From the IMG/VR virus record IMGVR_UViG_3300045988_074365, positions 1-54,317 of that record: a stretch of DNA of 54,317 nucleotides; one strand, written 5' to 3'. Origin of the DNA: a virus. This document shows positions 16,914 through 27,419 of the stretch, one piece after another. Below the pieces are notes generated by a model. It made no database searches, had not been told where the DNA came from, and saw only the letters and a list, made by a program, of their open reading frames with translations. The position numbers were made by a program, and so were the translations under genes. How positions within the stretch are numbered: position 1 is the stretch's first letter; each line of letters starts with the position of its first letter.

Positions 16914-17243
16914 GTGGCTTTTGCTATGGGAATTACGATAGAAGAATTTAAACACATGACACCTACAGAATTTGAATACTGCCTAAAAGGTTACAAAATA
17001 CGGAGAAACGCACAGAACATAGACTTATGGACGTATGCTATAACCTATCTTATCCCGGCAATCAAATTCGGTGTTAGAAGTGGAGCTTGGGGAAAAGACA
17101 AGGTAGATTTCCCTAGTGAACCTATCAACTTGAATAATAACGAAGAACCAACAGAAGATGAGATTGAGAAAAAAAGAAAAGCCTTTGCACTTCAAATGAA
17201 AACGATGAAGGCTAATTGGGATTTAACTCACAAAAAAGGGTAA
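16914..17243 (+). CDS. tail assembly chaperone frameshift extension (GT-like C-terminal part)
   Basis: This frame is -1 relative to 16450..16878 and is open back to 16761. It is most likely expressed as a fusion. Confidence 0.6.
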   Translation: MAFAMGITIEEFKHMTPTEFEYCLKGYKIRRNAQNIDLWTYAITYLIPAIKFGVRSGAWGKDKVDFPSEPINLNNNEEPTEDEIEKKRKAFALQMKTMKANWDLTHKKG

Positions 17244-17277
17244 TAAGACAATAGTTTTATTACCCTTTATTTTTTTA
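17238..17277 (+). terminator. hairpin plus T-run between the chaperone and tape-measure genes
   Basis: 9-bp stem gggtaataa/ttattaccc with a 10-nt loop, followed by tttattttttt. Confidence 0.5.
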
Positions 17278-17288
17278 TAAAAAGGCAG

Positions 17289-20200
17289 GTGCAAGGCGTG
17301 GAATTAGATTCATTAGAGTTAAAAATACAAGCGACAGCAACTAAAGCGAATAATGCTATCGACAATATGATAACAAGGCTTGAAAAACTGTCGGGGAAAT
17401 TAAACAGTATTAACGGCACATCATTATCCGGGCTTGCGAATGGTGTTAATAGGCTTGCGGCAGCAATGCAGACAATGAAAAATGTCGGAACGGCAGATTT
17501 CACAAGGCTTGCCAAGAATATCACAAAATTAGGCAGTATAAACACTGTTTCATTGAACAATACGGCTAGTTCGCTATCGCATATTACAAGGGCATTTAGT
17601 AATTTAGCAAGTGTCCCTCAAAATGCCGCAAGTATAGGTACACTTGCACAAGGGATAAGCAGACTTGGAAGCAAAAGCGTTCAAAATGCGACAGTTAATA
17701 TTCCAAGACTTACAGCAAGCCTTATAACAATGCTACAACAACTGTCGAGAGCACCGGCGGTAAGTAATGGAGTGATAAGACTTGCGGATTCACTTGCTAA
17801 TCTTGCATCCCAAGGAAGCAGAGTTAATACAGCTTCTGCAAGCCTTCAAGGTTCACTAAACAACACAAACAAAGCTGCAAAGAGAACCCACAAAGGAGTA
17901 AAAAGCCTTGCTTCTATTTTTGGTAAATTATATGCTAACTTCTTTTGGGTTATAAGAGGAATGAAAAGCCTCTGGAAGTCTATAGAAAGTACCGCAGACT
18001 ACATAGAGGCATTTAACTACAAAGCCGTAGCTTTCGGGAAAATAGGCTCTGAATGGGGCAAAGAGTATGAGAAGTACGGATATGACAATGCAGAAGCTTA
18101 TGCAAATAGTTTTTCAAAAAGAGTTGATGAACTCTTAGGGAAATTATCCGGGTTAAGCGTAGATGTTAAAGGCGGATTAATTAAAGCTGATTCTGCTAAA
18201 AACCTTGGACTTAACATACAAGAGATAACGCAGTATGCTTCGCAGTTAGCTTCTGTCACTAACTCATTAGGGCAGACAGGCGAAGCGACAACAGCAATAA
18301 CAAAGTCAATGACAATGTTAGCAGGCGATATAAGCTCGCTTTTTAACGTGGACTATTCAACAGTAGCCACAAACTTACAAAGTGGCTTAATCGGGCAGTC
18401 AAGGGCATTGTATAAGTATGGTATTGATATTACCAATGCCACATTAGCAACATACGCTTATAACTTAGGGATAACTAAGAGCGTAAGTGAAATGTCGCAA
18501 GCTGAAAAACAACAATTAAGATTTATTGCAATTCTTGACCAGTCTAAGGTATCTTGGGGCGACTTAGCAAACACTATCAACAGCCCTAACAATATGCTTA
18601 GACAGTTCAAGACAAATTTGTCTGAAACAGGAATGGTATTAGGACAAATCTTTGTTCCAGTATTGCAAAAAGTAATGCCTGTTGTAAATGGCGTAACAAT
18701 AGCTTTCAAAAGGCTTCTTGTCAGTATTGCTCAATTTGCAGGGGTTAAGATTGACTTTGAGAGCTTCGGACAGAGCGGCTATAAAGATACAACAGACGGA
18801 TTGGAAGATATTTCGGATGGCTATGACGGAGTAGCTGAAAGTGCGAAAAAAGCAGCTATTTCCCTTATGGGGTTTGATGAAGTCAATAAACTTTCCGAAA
18901 ATAGTGATAGCAGCGGTAAAAACACAGGAACCGGGGATATTGACTTAACAGATAAAATTGTCGAAGCTGCAAGCGAATACGAAAAAGTATGGCAGAAAGC
19001 CTTTGACAATATGAATAATAAAGCCAATGAATGGGCGGATAAATTTGAAAGTAAACTTTATTTCCTTAAGAACATAGGCAAGTTAATTGCCAACGGCGAA
19101 TATTATAAAGCCGGAGAAACCATTGCTAAAAAACTTAGTAATGGTATTCACTCTTTCGGGTGGGACAAGACAGGAACATTCATTGGAAAAAGCATTACTA
19201 ACACGTTAGATTTAGTTGCCGGGTTTACAAATAACTTTAATTGGAAACGGCTTGCAAGCGACCTTACTTCTTTAATTAACAATGCAATAAAGAATATTAA
19301 GCCTAAGAGTTTTGCAAGTGCAATTAACGGCATTTTAAATGGAATATGGGATTTTGTAACAACCTTTTTTAAGACACTTAATTGGAAACAGTTTGCTAGC
19401 TTTATCGGGCGACTCTTACAAGAAATTGATTGGGGAACTGTAGCAAAAATAGGACTTGCCGTAGGAATGGGTAAATTAGCAAAGACAGCCGCAACAAGTT
19501 TCTTTGGTGGTTTTAAATCCCAAGTGTCAACTGGCAACTTAGTGAGCGGAGTTGGAAGCGTAATGGCTTTAGCAGGTACAAAAGTAGGAAGCGCATTTAT
19601 AAGTGGACTTACTTCTCCGTTTGGGGCAGTTGCAACAATAGTAGGAGGAGTAACCGCAGCGGTTCTGATATATGAGACCAAATATTACAGAGAACTTGCA
19701 GAACTTTATGAAAAGGCTAGAGGAGAAGTTGATGAAATAACGCAAAAATTTGTTGATGACATTGACACCTCGAATGACAAGATAAAAGAACTTGCTGACG
19801 GAATTTACGATTCATTCCAAAAAAACGATACAAACACGCAAGCTGACAAGCTCAAAATAATAGCAGATAAATACTTTGAGTTAGCAGATGGTGCTGACAA
19901 GAGTGCAGAAGCCTTACAAAAACTTGATGAGTACAAGAAAATACTTATCGAAGAGGGCGGAGAACAATTTAAGACAATACTTGATGATGAAAACAGCAGT
20001 TTGGATGACCAGAAAGAGAAAATTTATGATGTCATAGACGCATTGAAAGCAAAAGGTTTACAGGAAGCTGCGTCAAAGGGAATAACCGAGACAACAGACC
20101 TCATTATGGAACAGCGTAACACTTATGACAAAAGCAAGAGTGAAACGAAAAAAGCACAGCAGAAAGCGGTCAATCTTCAAGCTGAATATCAGATTGGGCA

Positions 20201-21362
20201 AGACCAAATGAGGACATACCTTGCCGAACATTACAAATATGGCAATTTTCAACCTATATTAAGTAAAGACGGCAAAAAAATCATTCAAGACACGGCAGAA
20301 GTAGCAAATAAGTTTTGGGACATGTACGACAAGTACGCAGATGAAGCATTCAACGAGACATTGCCAAACGGACTTAGAAAGTCGGATGAGAAAATAGCAG
20401 AAATAACTGCTAGTAGTAAAAACGTAGGAAAACAGTGGCGAGACGCTACTGCAAACTACGAAGCACTTAACGAAAAATACAGGGAAAGTGCAGATGTATT
20501 GGCAAATCTTGAGACACAGCTTGATTATTATACCTCTATTGCAAGCGGAGCAATAGACACCCAAACATCGTTGTATGCTTATCAAGAGCAAAAAGCCAAC
20601 GATACAAAGACACGCTATAAGGAATTAGCTGAAAATATAACAAGTGTAAGTGACGTTTTGAAAAATACAGATGCCACTAGCCAAACAGTTTCAAGCAAAA
20701 TGGAAGAAGGCTTTAATCCAAGTAAATGGAAAGGAATAGGAACAACTTCTATAAGCAATTACATCGGTGGAATAGGAGACCCTGCTAAGACACAGTATGG
20801 TGTTCAAGTGGCACAACAGGTAGCACATAAAATAGTGGGACCATTTAACACAAAATCAGATTTTGCAAGCTATGGTAAATACAGTATTCAAGGTTACCTT
20901 GAAGGATTAAAAGCCGAATGGGGTAACAGAGTTAAGAAAGGCTTAGAAACTGTTACAGATGGAATTAAGAATATCTTCAAAAAAGGATTTAAAATTTCTT
21001 CTCCATCAAAACTTTTCAAGCAATACGGTAAGTGGACACTTGAAGGATATGACATAGGTTTTGAAAATCAAGCTAGAGAAACCTATCAGATGGTAACAGG
21101 TTGGAGCGACAAGATTGCTAACGTTCCTGAAAGCCTTGGGGAATACAATGCGGACTATTCTGCTAGTTACAGCAATGAAGTTACCGCTGAATACAGTTCG
21201 TCAGAACAGGTGGCACTTATGCAGGAACAGAACCGCCTTTTAAGGGAATTACTTAACAAGGAAACTGTAATTGTTCCAAACGAAAACGGAATTTTCAATA
21301 CTGTTAGAAGACAAGCCAATGAGTATGTCAGACAAACAGGCGACTTGCCCTGGACAGTATAA
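17289..21362 (+). CDS. tape measure protein
   Basis: 1357 aa, follows the chaperone pair. The true start may be the GTG at 17298. Confidence 0.85.
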   Translation: MQGVELDSLELKIQATATKANNAIDNMITRLEKLSGKLNSINGTSLSGLANGVNRLAAAMQTMKNVGTADFTRLAKNITKLGSINTVSLNNTASSLSHITRAFSNLASVPQNAASIGTLAQGISRLGSKSVQNATVNIPRLTASLITMLQQLSRAPAVSNGVIRLADSLANLASQGSRVNTASASLQGSLNNTNKAAKRTHKGVKSLASIFGKLYANFFWVIRGMKSLWKSIESTADYIEAFNYKAVAFGKIGSEWGKEYEKYGYDNAEAYANSFSKRVDELLGKLSGLSVDVKGGLIKADSAKNLGLNIQEITQYASQLASVTNSLGQTGEATTAITKSMTMLAGDISSLFNVDYSTVATNLQSGLIGQSRALYKYGIDITNATLATYAYNLGITKSVSEMSQAEKQQLRFIAILDQSKVSWGDLANTINSPNNMLRQFKTNLSETGMVLGQIFVPVLQKVMPVVNGVTIAFKRLLVSIAQFAGVKIDFESFGQSGYKDTTDGLEDISDGYDGVAESAKKAAISLMGFDEVNKLSENSDSSGKNTGTGDIDLTDKIVEAASEYEKVWQKAFDNMNNKANEWADKFESKLYFLKNIGKLIANGEYYKAGETIAKKLSNGIHSFGWDKTGTFIGKSITNTLDLVAGFTNNFNWKRLASDLTSLINNAIKNIKPKSFASAINGILNGIWDFVTTFFKTLNWKQFASFIGRLLQEIDWGTVAKIGLAVGMGKLAKTAATSFFGGFKSQVSTGNLVSGVGSVMALAGTKVGSAFISGLTSPFGAVATIVGGVTAAVLIYETKYYRELAELYEKARGEVDEITQKFVDDIDTSNDKIKELADGIYDSFQKNDTNTQADKLKIIADKYFELADGADKSAEALQKLDEYKKILIEEGGEQFKTILDDENSSLDDQKEKIYDVIDALKAKGLQEAASKGITETTDLIMEQRNTYDKSKSETKKAQQKAVNLQAEYQIGQDQMRTYLAEHYKYGNFQPILSKDGKKIIQDTAEVANKFWDMYDKYADEAFNETLPNGLRKSDEKIAEITASSKNVGKQWRDATANYEALNEKYRESADVLANLETQLDYYTSIASGAIDTQTSLYAYQEQKANDTKTRYKELAENITSVSDVLKNTDATSQTVSSKMEEGFNPSKWKGIGTTSISNYIGGIGDPAKTQYGVQVAQQVAHKIVGPFNTKSDFASYGKYSIQGYLEGLKAEWGNRVKKGLETVTDGIKNIFKKGFKISSPSKLFKQYGKWTLEGYDIGFENQARETYQMVTGWSDKIANVPESLGEYNADYSASYSNEVTAEYSSSEQVALMQEQNRLLRELLNKETVIVPNENGIFNTVRRQANEYVRQTGDLPWTV

Positions 21363-21374
21363 AGGAGGAATAGG

Positions 21375-21746
21375 ATGTTTTTAGAAATAAATGATGTGGA
21401 TATTTCGCCTTATATTAAGTCCTTGCAGCCAAGTCACGAATCAATATGGAACAGCAAGGCAGGGCGAAGCATAGACAGCGAAGCAACGTTTGTCGGAAGA
21501 ATTGTGGCAAGAAAATGGAAGTTACAGGCAAAGACGATACCTTTATCGCAAGAAAAAGTAGCCAAGATAGTCGGATTGTTAGAACAGTCCGACTTTTTTA
21601 GTGCAAAATTCATCCCAACAAATGGAACTGATTTTATTAAAAAGAATTTTTACGTCGGCTCTATCAGTACACCGGTTTACAGTTACAATGACGAATTGTC
21701 AAACGTAAGATACAGTGAATTATCATTCGACATTATAGAAAGGTAG
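21375..21746 (+). CDS. small tail protein (distal-tail position)
   Basis: AGGAGG RBS, directly after the tape measure. Confidence 0.45.
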   Translation: MFLEINDVDISPYIKSLQPSHESIWNSKAGRSIDSEATFVGRIVARKWKLQAKTIPLSQEKVAKIVGLLEQSDFFSAKFIPTNGTDFIKKNFYVGSISTPVYSYNDELSNVRYSELSFDIIER

Positions 21747-21750
21747 GCAA

Positions 21751-22128
21751 ATGAAAATGACTTATACAAACTCACAAATTGCAAAAATGCACAATGACAT
21801 TCAGGCAATCAAAAAATACAAATTTAAGGCAGATACGGCTTTTACAATCATAAAAAATGCAAAGGCGCTTAAAAATGCCATCGAGCTTTTTGATGAAGCA
21901 AGACGTAACCTCTTGGAAACGTATGCTGAAAAAGATGAAATGGGAAATGCAAAGATTGAAAATGGCAATTATGTTATTTCAGATAAAGAGGAATTTGCAA
22001 AGGAGTTCATATCCTTGCAAAATGCCGAACAGGACATAGATTTCTCAAAAATCAAGCTGTCGGATATTTCAGAAATTGAAATAGAAGCAGAATTAATGGA
22101 GACAATGAGTGAATTTATCGAAGAGTAG
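21751..22128 (+). CDS. hypothetical tail-module protein
   Basis: Operon position. Confidence 0.5.
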   Translation: MKMTYTNSQIAKMHNDIQAIKKYKFKADTAFTIIKNAKALKNAIELFDEARRNLLETYAEKDEMGNAKIENGNYVISDKEEFAKEFISLQNAEQDIDFSKIKLSDISEIEIEAELMETMSEFIEE

Positions 22129-22136
22129 GTGGTTGA

Positions 22137-25100
22137 ATGTATTCTACAAGTGAAGCATTAACAGACGCAATTATCAACGGCGAACCAATTAACAAAGAAT
22201 TACGATTACTTGACAGCGACGGAGTGGTTATTAAAACCATTAAGTCGCTTAAATTATATAGTGGGAGTAACAGCACAAGCAGAATACAGATAGGTTCGAC
22301 CAATTCTTCTTACATAGAAGCAAGTATTGAATATGACAAGGTTCTTGCAAACAGAGAAATGGCATTATACTGCGGCATTGATAGTGAAATGATACCAATG
22401 GGTATATATAAGATAATGCAAGAGCCGACAGAAGATGACGGAATAATTTCGTTCAAAGCCTATGACAGAATGAGACTTCTTGACAAGCTATATGAACCGA
22501 AAGTGGCTATCCCTAACGGCTTTAAGAATGTTGTGGATGACATTGCCAAACAATGCGGCGTTACAGTAAATTTTAGTTACACCGGCGGAACTGTCAGAAA
22601 TTACATTAAAGGATATACCTGCCGAGAAATGATAGGGTACATCGCTTCTATGCTTGGAGAGTTTGCCTACTTTGATAGACAGGGTGTGCTTAATTTTGGG
22701 TGGTACAATTTTGGAAAACCGGTTGAAAAAACACTTAGTTCATTTTGGAGCTTGAAAAAAGACAGCAGTGATTACAAAGTAACAGGCGTTGAATTTATTG
22801 TAAACAGCGACACAAAATGGCTTGCAGGTAGTGAACCTAATGTCATTTATTGCTCTAACCCTCTTGCAGACCTAAAAGACGCAGAAAATGTTTATTACGG
22901 GCCTATGAAAGACTTAACGTACCGCCCGGCAGAAATTAGTATGCTTGATGACATTCGCCTTGATGTGACAGACGTTGTTAAAGTGACATTACTTGACGGA
23001 ACCACAATAAGAGTGCCTTGTATGACACTCAATCAAGATTTTACCGCAAGCGAAACAAAGGTTAAAGCGGTAGGGAATGCCGACGGAGAAGCAAGTAATT
23101 ATTCGGGACCGCTCACAACGGCAATGGATAGATTGACAACTGACTTGTTACTGACAAACAGGGTGGTTGCGACCAAAGTCGACGCTGAATGGGTAAGAGC
23201 TAACACAGTAACAGCAGATAAAATAACAGCTATACAGGCTGAAATCGACGAAATAAACGCAAACAACATCACTACTGATAACTTGTCTGCAAATGTTGCT
23301 AAACTTGGTTATCTGACAGCAGATAGTGCCATAATCAAGGGGAAATTAGACGCAAATGAGTTATCTGCGGAAGTTGCAAAGTTAGGTTATTTGACCGCTG
23401 ATAGTGCTGTGATTAAGGGAAAGTTAGACACTAGCGAATTATCGGCAGAAGTAGCAAAACTTGGCTACTTAACGGCGGATAGTGCGGTCATAAAAGGAAA
23501 GTTAGATACGAACCAATTATCAACAGAGGTTGCAAAGTTAGGCTATATGACAGCAGATGAAGCGGACATAAAGTATGCCAATATCAAACTCACAAACATT
23601 GAAACCGCAAACGTGGCTACATTGCTTGCAAATGTTGGATTGATTGACCGTGCAACCGTAGTTGAGGGACATATAACAGGCTTTCTTGACAGCGTAGAGG
23701 TAAATGCAAACAAGATAACCGCAGGAACACTTGTTGCGGATAGAATACTTCTCAAAGGTTCGGAAAATGGATTGCTTTACGCACTTAATAACCTTGGCGA
23801 ACTGACAAGCACTACGGTTGACAGTTTAGACGGATATGTACTCACTGACCGTACAATCAATGCAGATAAGATAGTCGCAAGTAGCATAACCGCAAATGAA
23901 CTTGATGTTGCGAACATATTCGCTGATAATGCGGTAATCTCAACGATTACTTCACAAGAAGCGTTTATCAATGCTATCAGTACAAATAGTGTGGTTGTAG
24001 GTGCAAAGAAAACCGCTGACGAGATTAAAGAGAATATCTACACTCCAAACACCACCACGATTGACGGTGGGAAAATTACAACCAATTCCATAAAAGCTAA
24101 ACAGATTGACGTTACTAACTTGTTTGCACAAGACATTACCGCAAGTGGAACTATTACAGGTGCTAAACTGTATGGTACATATTTGGAATCGACAAGTGGT
24201 AAGATTGCAGATTTCAACATTACGGAAAATGGCTTTTCAAGAGAGCTTGATTGGGTAGACCAATGGAATAGTAGTGCCGCAGGCATAACAGGAAGTTACA
24301 AGGCTTGGTGTAAAATAACCCCAAACGGAGCCGGACAAATTAACATCGGTGCAGGAGTAGGAACTTTTACTTACAAATGTCCGACTATCAGATGTGGATA
24401 TTACGATAGAAGTCAAGACGGAAAAACTGTAACAAAAATAACGTCTTTTGAAACAGATATGATGGGGATTAGCACAAATTACTTTAAGGCAGACAAGATT
24501 ATTAGCGATTTAATCCCAATTCCAGCAACAGACGATGTACCTACTCCGTCTGGGTATAGGGCAACTTTTCCTAATCTTGGCTCTCCACAACAAACTTGGC
24601 AAAATTTATATGTTAAAAGTATATATGTTAAGGCAGGTATAGGAGATGTAGGAGATGAAACAACAGGAAATATTGAGGCTTCTGGCAAAATCACAGCACA
24701 AGGCGACATTATCGCAGGACTTGGAACGGATAAGCAAGTGAGTTTACAAGGGCTAAAAGATACAACTACTCAAATAAGAGGCAAGTCTATTTTCAGTATT
24801 AATAATTATGGCGCAGGAGCGTCAAAAAAAGGTAGTTCAGTATCGCTTTGGAAAGATAGTGCAACTCTTACTCACGGGTTTTACATTGCGATTATTTCGG
24901 CAGTAATATCAACAAATACTGGCACTAGCCGTATTGAATTATTAGCCAACGGCAATGTACTTGTGGCTGCGCGTACAAATTCAACCACTTATGAAAGAGT
25001 GCTTGCAGTACATAATTTTGGTGTTAGTGGTGAACAAAGTTTTAATTTTGAATTAGTAGCAAAAAGCCAAGACGCTAGCTCAACTGTTACTGTTCCTGGT

Positions 25101-25139
25101 TATAGGACCTATAGTGTCTTAATATTCAAAATTGGTTAG
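22137..25139 (+). CDS. tail-tip / host-specificity fibre protein
   Basis: 1000 aa. The N terminus is like prophage tail endopeptidase / minor structural proteins. Internal 26-aa tandem repeats. Precedes the lysis gene. Confidence 0.7.
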   Translation: MYSTSEALTDAIINGEPINKELRLLDSDGVVIKTIKSLKLYSGSNSTSRIQIGSTNSSYIEASIEYDKVLANREMALYCGIDSEMIPMGIYKIMQEPTEDDGIISFKAYDRMRLLDKLYEPKVAIPNGFKNVVDDIAKQCGVTVNFSYTGGTVRNYIKGYTCREMIGYIASMLGEFAYFDRQGVLNFGWYNFGKPVEKTLSSFWSLKKDSSDYKVTGVEFIVNSDTKWLAGSEPNVIYCSNPLADLKDAENVYYGPMKDLTYRPAEISMLDDIRLDVTDVVKVTLLDGTTIRVPCMTLNQDFTASETKVKAVGNADGEASNYSGPLTTAMDRLTTDLLLTNRVVATKVDAEWVRANTVTADKITAIQAEIDEINANNITTDNLSANVAKLGYLTADSAIIKGKLDANELSAEVAKLGYLTADSAVIKGKLDTSELSAEVAKLGYLTADSAVIKGKLDTNQLSTEVAKLGYMTADEADIKYANIKLTNIETANVATLLANVGLIDRATVVEGHITGFLDSVEVNANKITAGTLVADRILLKGSENGLLYALNNLGELTSTTVDSLDGYVLTDRTINADKIVASSITANELDVANIFADNAVISTITSQEAFINAISTNSVVVGAKKTADEIKENIYTPNTTTIDGGKITTNSIKAKQIDVTNLFAQDITASGTITGAKLYGTYLESTSGKIADFNITENGFSRELDWVDQWNSSAAGITGSYKAWCKITPNGAGQINIGAGVGTFTYKCPTIRCGYYDRSQDGKTVTKITSFETDMMGISTNYFKADKIISDLIPIPATDDVPTPSGYRATFPNLGSPQQTWQNLYVKSIYVKAGIGDVGDETTGNIEASGKITAQGDIIAGLGTDKQVSLQGLKDTTTQIRGKSIFSINNYGAGASKKGSSVSLWKDSATLTHGFYIAIISAVISTNTGTSRIELLANGNVLVAARTNSTTYERVLAVHNFGVSGEQSFNFELVAKSQDASSTVTVPGYRTYSVLIFKIG
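23295..23570 (+). repeat. about 3.5 tandem copies of a 78-nt (26-aa) unit inside the fibre gene
   Basis: VAKLGYLTADSA(I/V)IKGKLD(A/T)xELSAE repeated, with copies starting at 23295, 23373, 23451 and 23529. The protein is conserved while the DNA has diverged at synonymous sites. Confidence 0.85.
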
Positions 25140-25151
25140 AAAGGAAAAAAA

Positions 25152-25370
25152 ATGAAAGCAATAATCAATGAAAAGTTATACGATACAACAACATCAGAAG
25201 TTGTTTACATAGGGAATATGGAAGCCTTATATAAAACCAAAAATGGGGCGTATTTCAGAACTTCAAGCGAGGGAATACAGCCTATGGGAATTGAAGAAGT
25301 CAAAGAATATCTCGGAATTAAAGACGTAGACGCTTACATTAAAGAATTTGGTTCTGTAGACATTGCATAG
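25152..25370 (+). CDS. hypothetical protein
   Basis: ORF with a purine-rich RBS. Confidence 0.6.
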   Translation: MKAIINEKLYDTTTSEVVYIGNMEALYKTKNGAYFRTSSEGIQPMGIEEVKEYLGIKDVDAYIKEFGSVDIA

Positions 25371-25391
25371 TAAAGGAAAGGAGACTTAATC

Positions 25392-26384
25392 ATGTCAAGA
25401 ATTTTAAGAACTGGTGAAAATCAGATTACACAATCTTATCAGCAACATTATGACAAAGTTCATTCGAGAAATGGATGGGCTATCGGTGTTGACGTTGTAA
25501 AGAAAACCAATCAATGTGATAGTATTATAGCACATACTGACGGAACGGTTGTTAAAGTTATGGATAAGATGACAGGAACGAACTGTGTTCATGACCCAGA
25601 GGGAATGGGTTATGGAAATTATGTTATGATAGAGCATGAAAATCGTTATGTGACGTTGTATGCTCATCTCAACAGCGTTAAAGTCAAAGAAGGACAGGAA
25701 ATCAAGAAAGGTACAATATTAGGCTATATGGGTAACACAGGATTCAGTTATGGAGCACACGTTCATTTTGAGGTTAGAAAATACAAGAGCCTTAATGTGA
25801 CAATCGGTATTCACGATACAAGGAACTTCGATTGGCTCAATCCTGAACCTTACCTTGACGCAGATTTGCCAATCGTTGAACCTAGTAAAAATGTTGTAGG
25901 CTTCTTAGATGTGGCAAAAATGGATGGCAAAGACCGATTATTTGTCAGCGGATGGACTTATGGTGGAAGTGGAGATGTCAAAATCAAAATATCCAAAGCT
26001 GGTGTGAACTATTATCTTTACGATATAAAAGCTAATCAGTCAAGGATAGATGTATTAGAAGCAGGCTATCCAACAGACAAGGTAGGATTTAGTGATACTT
26101 GCCCGGTTGCATTAGCTGACGGAACATACAATGTAGAAGCATACGTTGATAATGTGAAATTGACTAATACTAAGCAGATTACAGTTAAGAGAGAGCTTGC
26201 AAGATACAGTTATGCTTCTTATCCTAGCACAAGTAATGACTATTACAGGATTAGGACTTCATTTCATAATGAAAAAACAAGCAAGGGTTCATTCCATTCA
26301 TTCGCATTAGCCTTTGATGAATGGGAAAGAAACAAAGACAAAGGTTATCACATCTATGACAAGTCAGGCAGACAGCTTGATTAA
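25392..26384 (+). CDS. M23-family peptidase endolysin with a C-terminal wall-binding-like region
   Basis: HTDGTVV (HxxxD), GYGNYVMIEH and GAHVHFEV (HxH) motifs. Confidence 0.75.
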   Translation: MSRILRTGENQITQSYQQHYDKVHSRNGWAIGVDVVKKTNQCDSIIAHTDGTVVKVMDKMTGTNCVHDPEGMGYGNYVMIEHENRYVTLYAHLNSVKVKEGQEIKKGTILGYMGNTGFSYGAHVHFEVRKYKSLNVTIGIHDTRNFDWLNPEPYLDADLPIVEPSKNVVGFLDVAKMDGKDRLFVSGWTYGGSGDVKIKISKAGVNYYLYDIKANQSRIDVLEAGYPTDKVGFSDTCPVALADGTYNVEAYVDNVKLTNTKQITVKRELARYSYASYPSTSNDYYRIRTSFHNEKTSKGSFHSFALAFDEWERNKDKGYHIYDKSGRQLD

Positions 26385-26539
26385 TTGCAAAATAAAAGAT
26401 GTTGTGTCGAAACTTGCGAATTGAACCGCCTTTAATCGGTTTTATAAACGTGATAAATTAAAAAAGTCCTCTAAGGGGACAATTTCAAGTTCTGGTGGGG
26501 CAATATTTGATTGGCGTTGGTATTGCCCCTAAAAAAGAA

Positions 26540-26566
26540 AAGGCAAGGGGATTCCCTTGCCTTTAA
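26540..26566. terminator. bidirectional terminator
   Basis: 10-bp stem aaggcaaggg/cccttgcctt with A-run and T-run flanks, between convergent genes. Confidence 0.7.
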
Positions 26567-26567
26567 T

Positions 26568-27107
26568 TTATGATTGCTTCTTCCTAAAGTGGCAATACAA
26601 AGAGGTTGCAATCCCTAATAAAGAAGAAACTATAATCATATAAAACCCAGCTGTTCTTTCGATTGGTGGGGTTGTGCCAATAGCATTAAATAATTTTTCA
26701 GCTTCCGGGGTATACTTCATTTTTACTAAAGAAAAAACAAACGCACAAATAAAACTGAAACTTGCACCAATAGGGACTTCTTTATATAAAAACAGAAATG
26801 CAACAAATCCAGCTATAAGACACCAACATCCTTTTGAAATAGATATTTTAAAAAGGTTGTAGCTTATTCCTAATGTTTTAGCAAATGGAACAAGTGTGCC
26901 TATAATTATTAAAGCAGAAAGAAACATTCCGAAGTAGCTTGCTATCTTATATTCTCTCTGATTATACTTTTCCTTTGAATAATGTATAATGCAATACGGA
27001 CATTGCATATACGTTTCTTTTCTGATTACAGCCCCGGTATAATCTTTAATTTCTCTTTCGTATGCGTGCATTTTATTCCCACATCTTTCACATATCATAT
27101 CATCCAT
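26568..27107 (-). CDS. zinc-ribbon membrane protein (lysogeny-module moron; superinfection-exclusion candidate)
   Basis: CERCG...CPYC N terminus followed by about 4 hydrophobic segments. AAGGAG RBS 8 nt before the ATG at 27107. Confidence 0.65.
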   Translation of the reverse strand: MDDMICERCGNKMHAYEREIKDYTGAVIRKETYMQCPYCIIHYSKEKYNQREYKIASYFGMFLSALIIIGTLVPFAKTLGISYNLFKISISKGCWCLIAGFVAFLFLYKEVPIGASFSFICAFVFSLVKMKYTPEAEKLFNAIGTTPPIERTAGFYMIIVSSLLGIATSLYCHFRKKQS

Positions 27108-27293
27108 ATAAACCACTCCTTAGTCTTTTATAAAGTAAACTGTCGAAACTTGCGATTTGTTTATCATCGCAATAAAAACAGTTATGATATATTTATAAAG
27201 TAAATTATATGACAGCATTTTGCTATTGACAATATAGAACATTTGTTCTAATATTAGGTTATCGCTATTTAGTTGTATTTTGGGAGGGTTGAA

Positions 27294-27419
27294 ATGGAAA
27301 AAGAAAAAATGGATAAAAAAGAAGAACTCCTACATGATATTATATCAATAATAGAAGTTCTTCCGGTTTGTGAGTGCCAAAGAATTAAGGATTACTTGTC
27401 GGAGTTATACTTTTCTTGA
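27294..27419 (+). CDS. small hypothetical protein (41 aa)
   Basis: GGGAGGG RBS. The end is convergent with, and overlaps, the repressor gene. Confidence 0.35.
   Translation: MEKEKMDKKEELLHDIISIIEVLPVCECQRIKDYLSELYFS

Noticed and set aside
19148-19681. Long antisense ORFs inside large genes (19148..19681 in the tape measure, 31452..31979 in the SMC-like gene, 40071..40610 in the SNF2 gene, and many shorter ones)
   Set aside because: They are fully embedded opposite well-supported genes. Their composition is Ser/Leu/Phe-rich, as expected from the antisense of Glu/Lys-rich codons, and they have no RBS.
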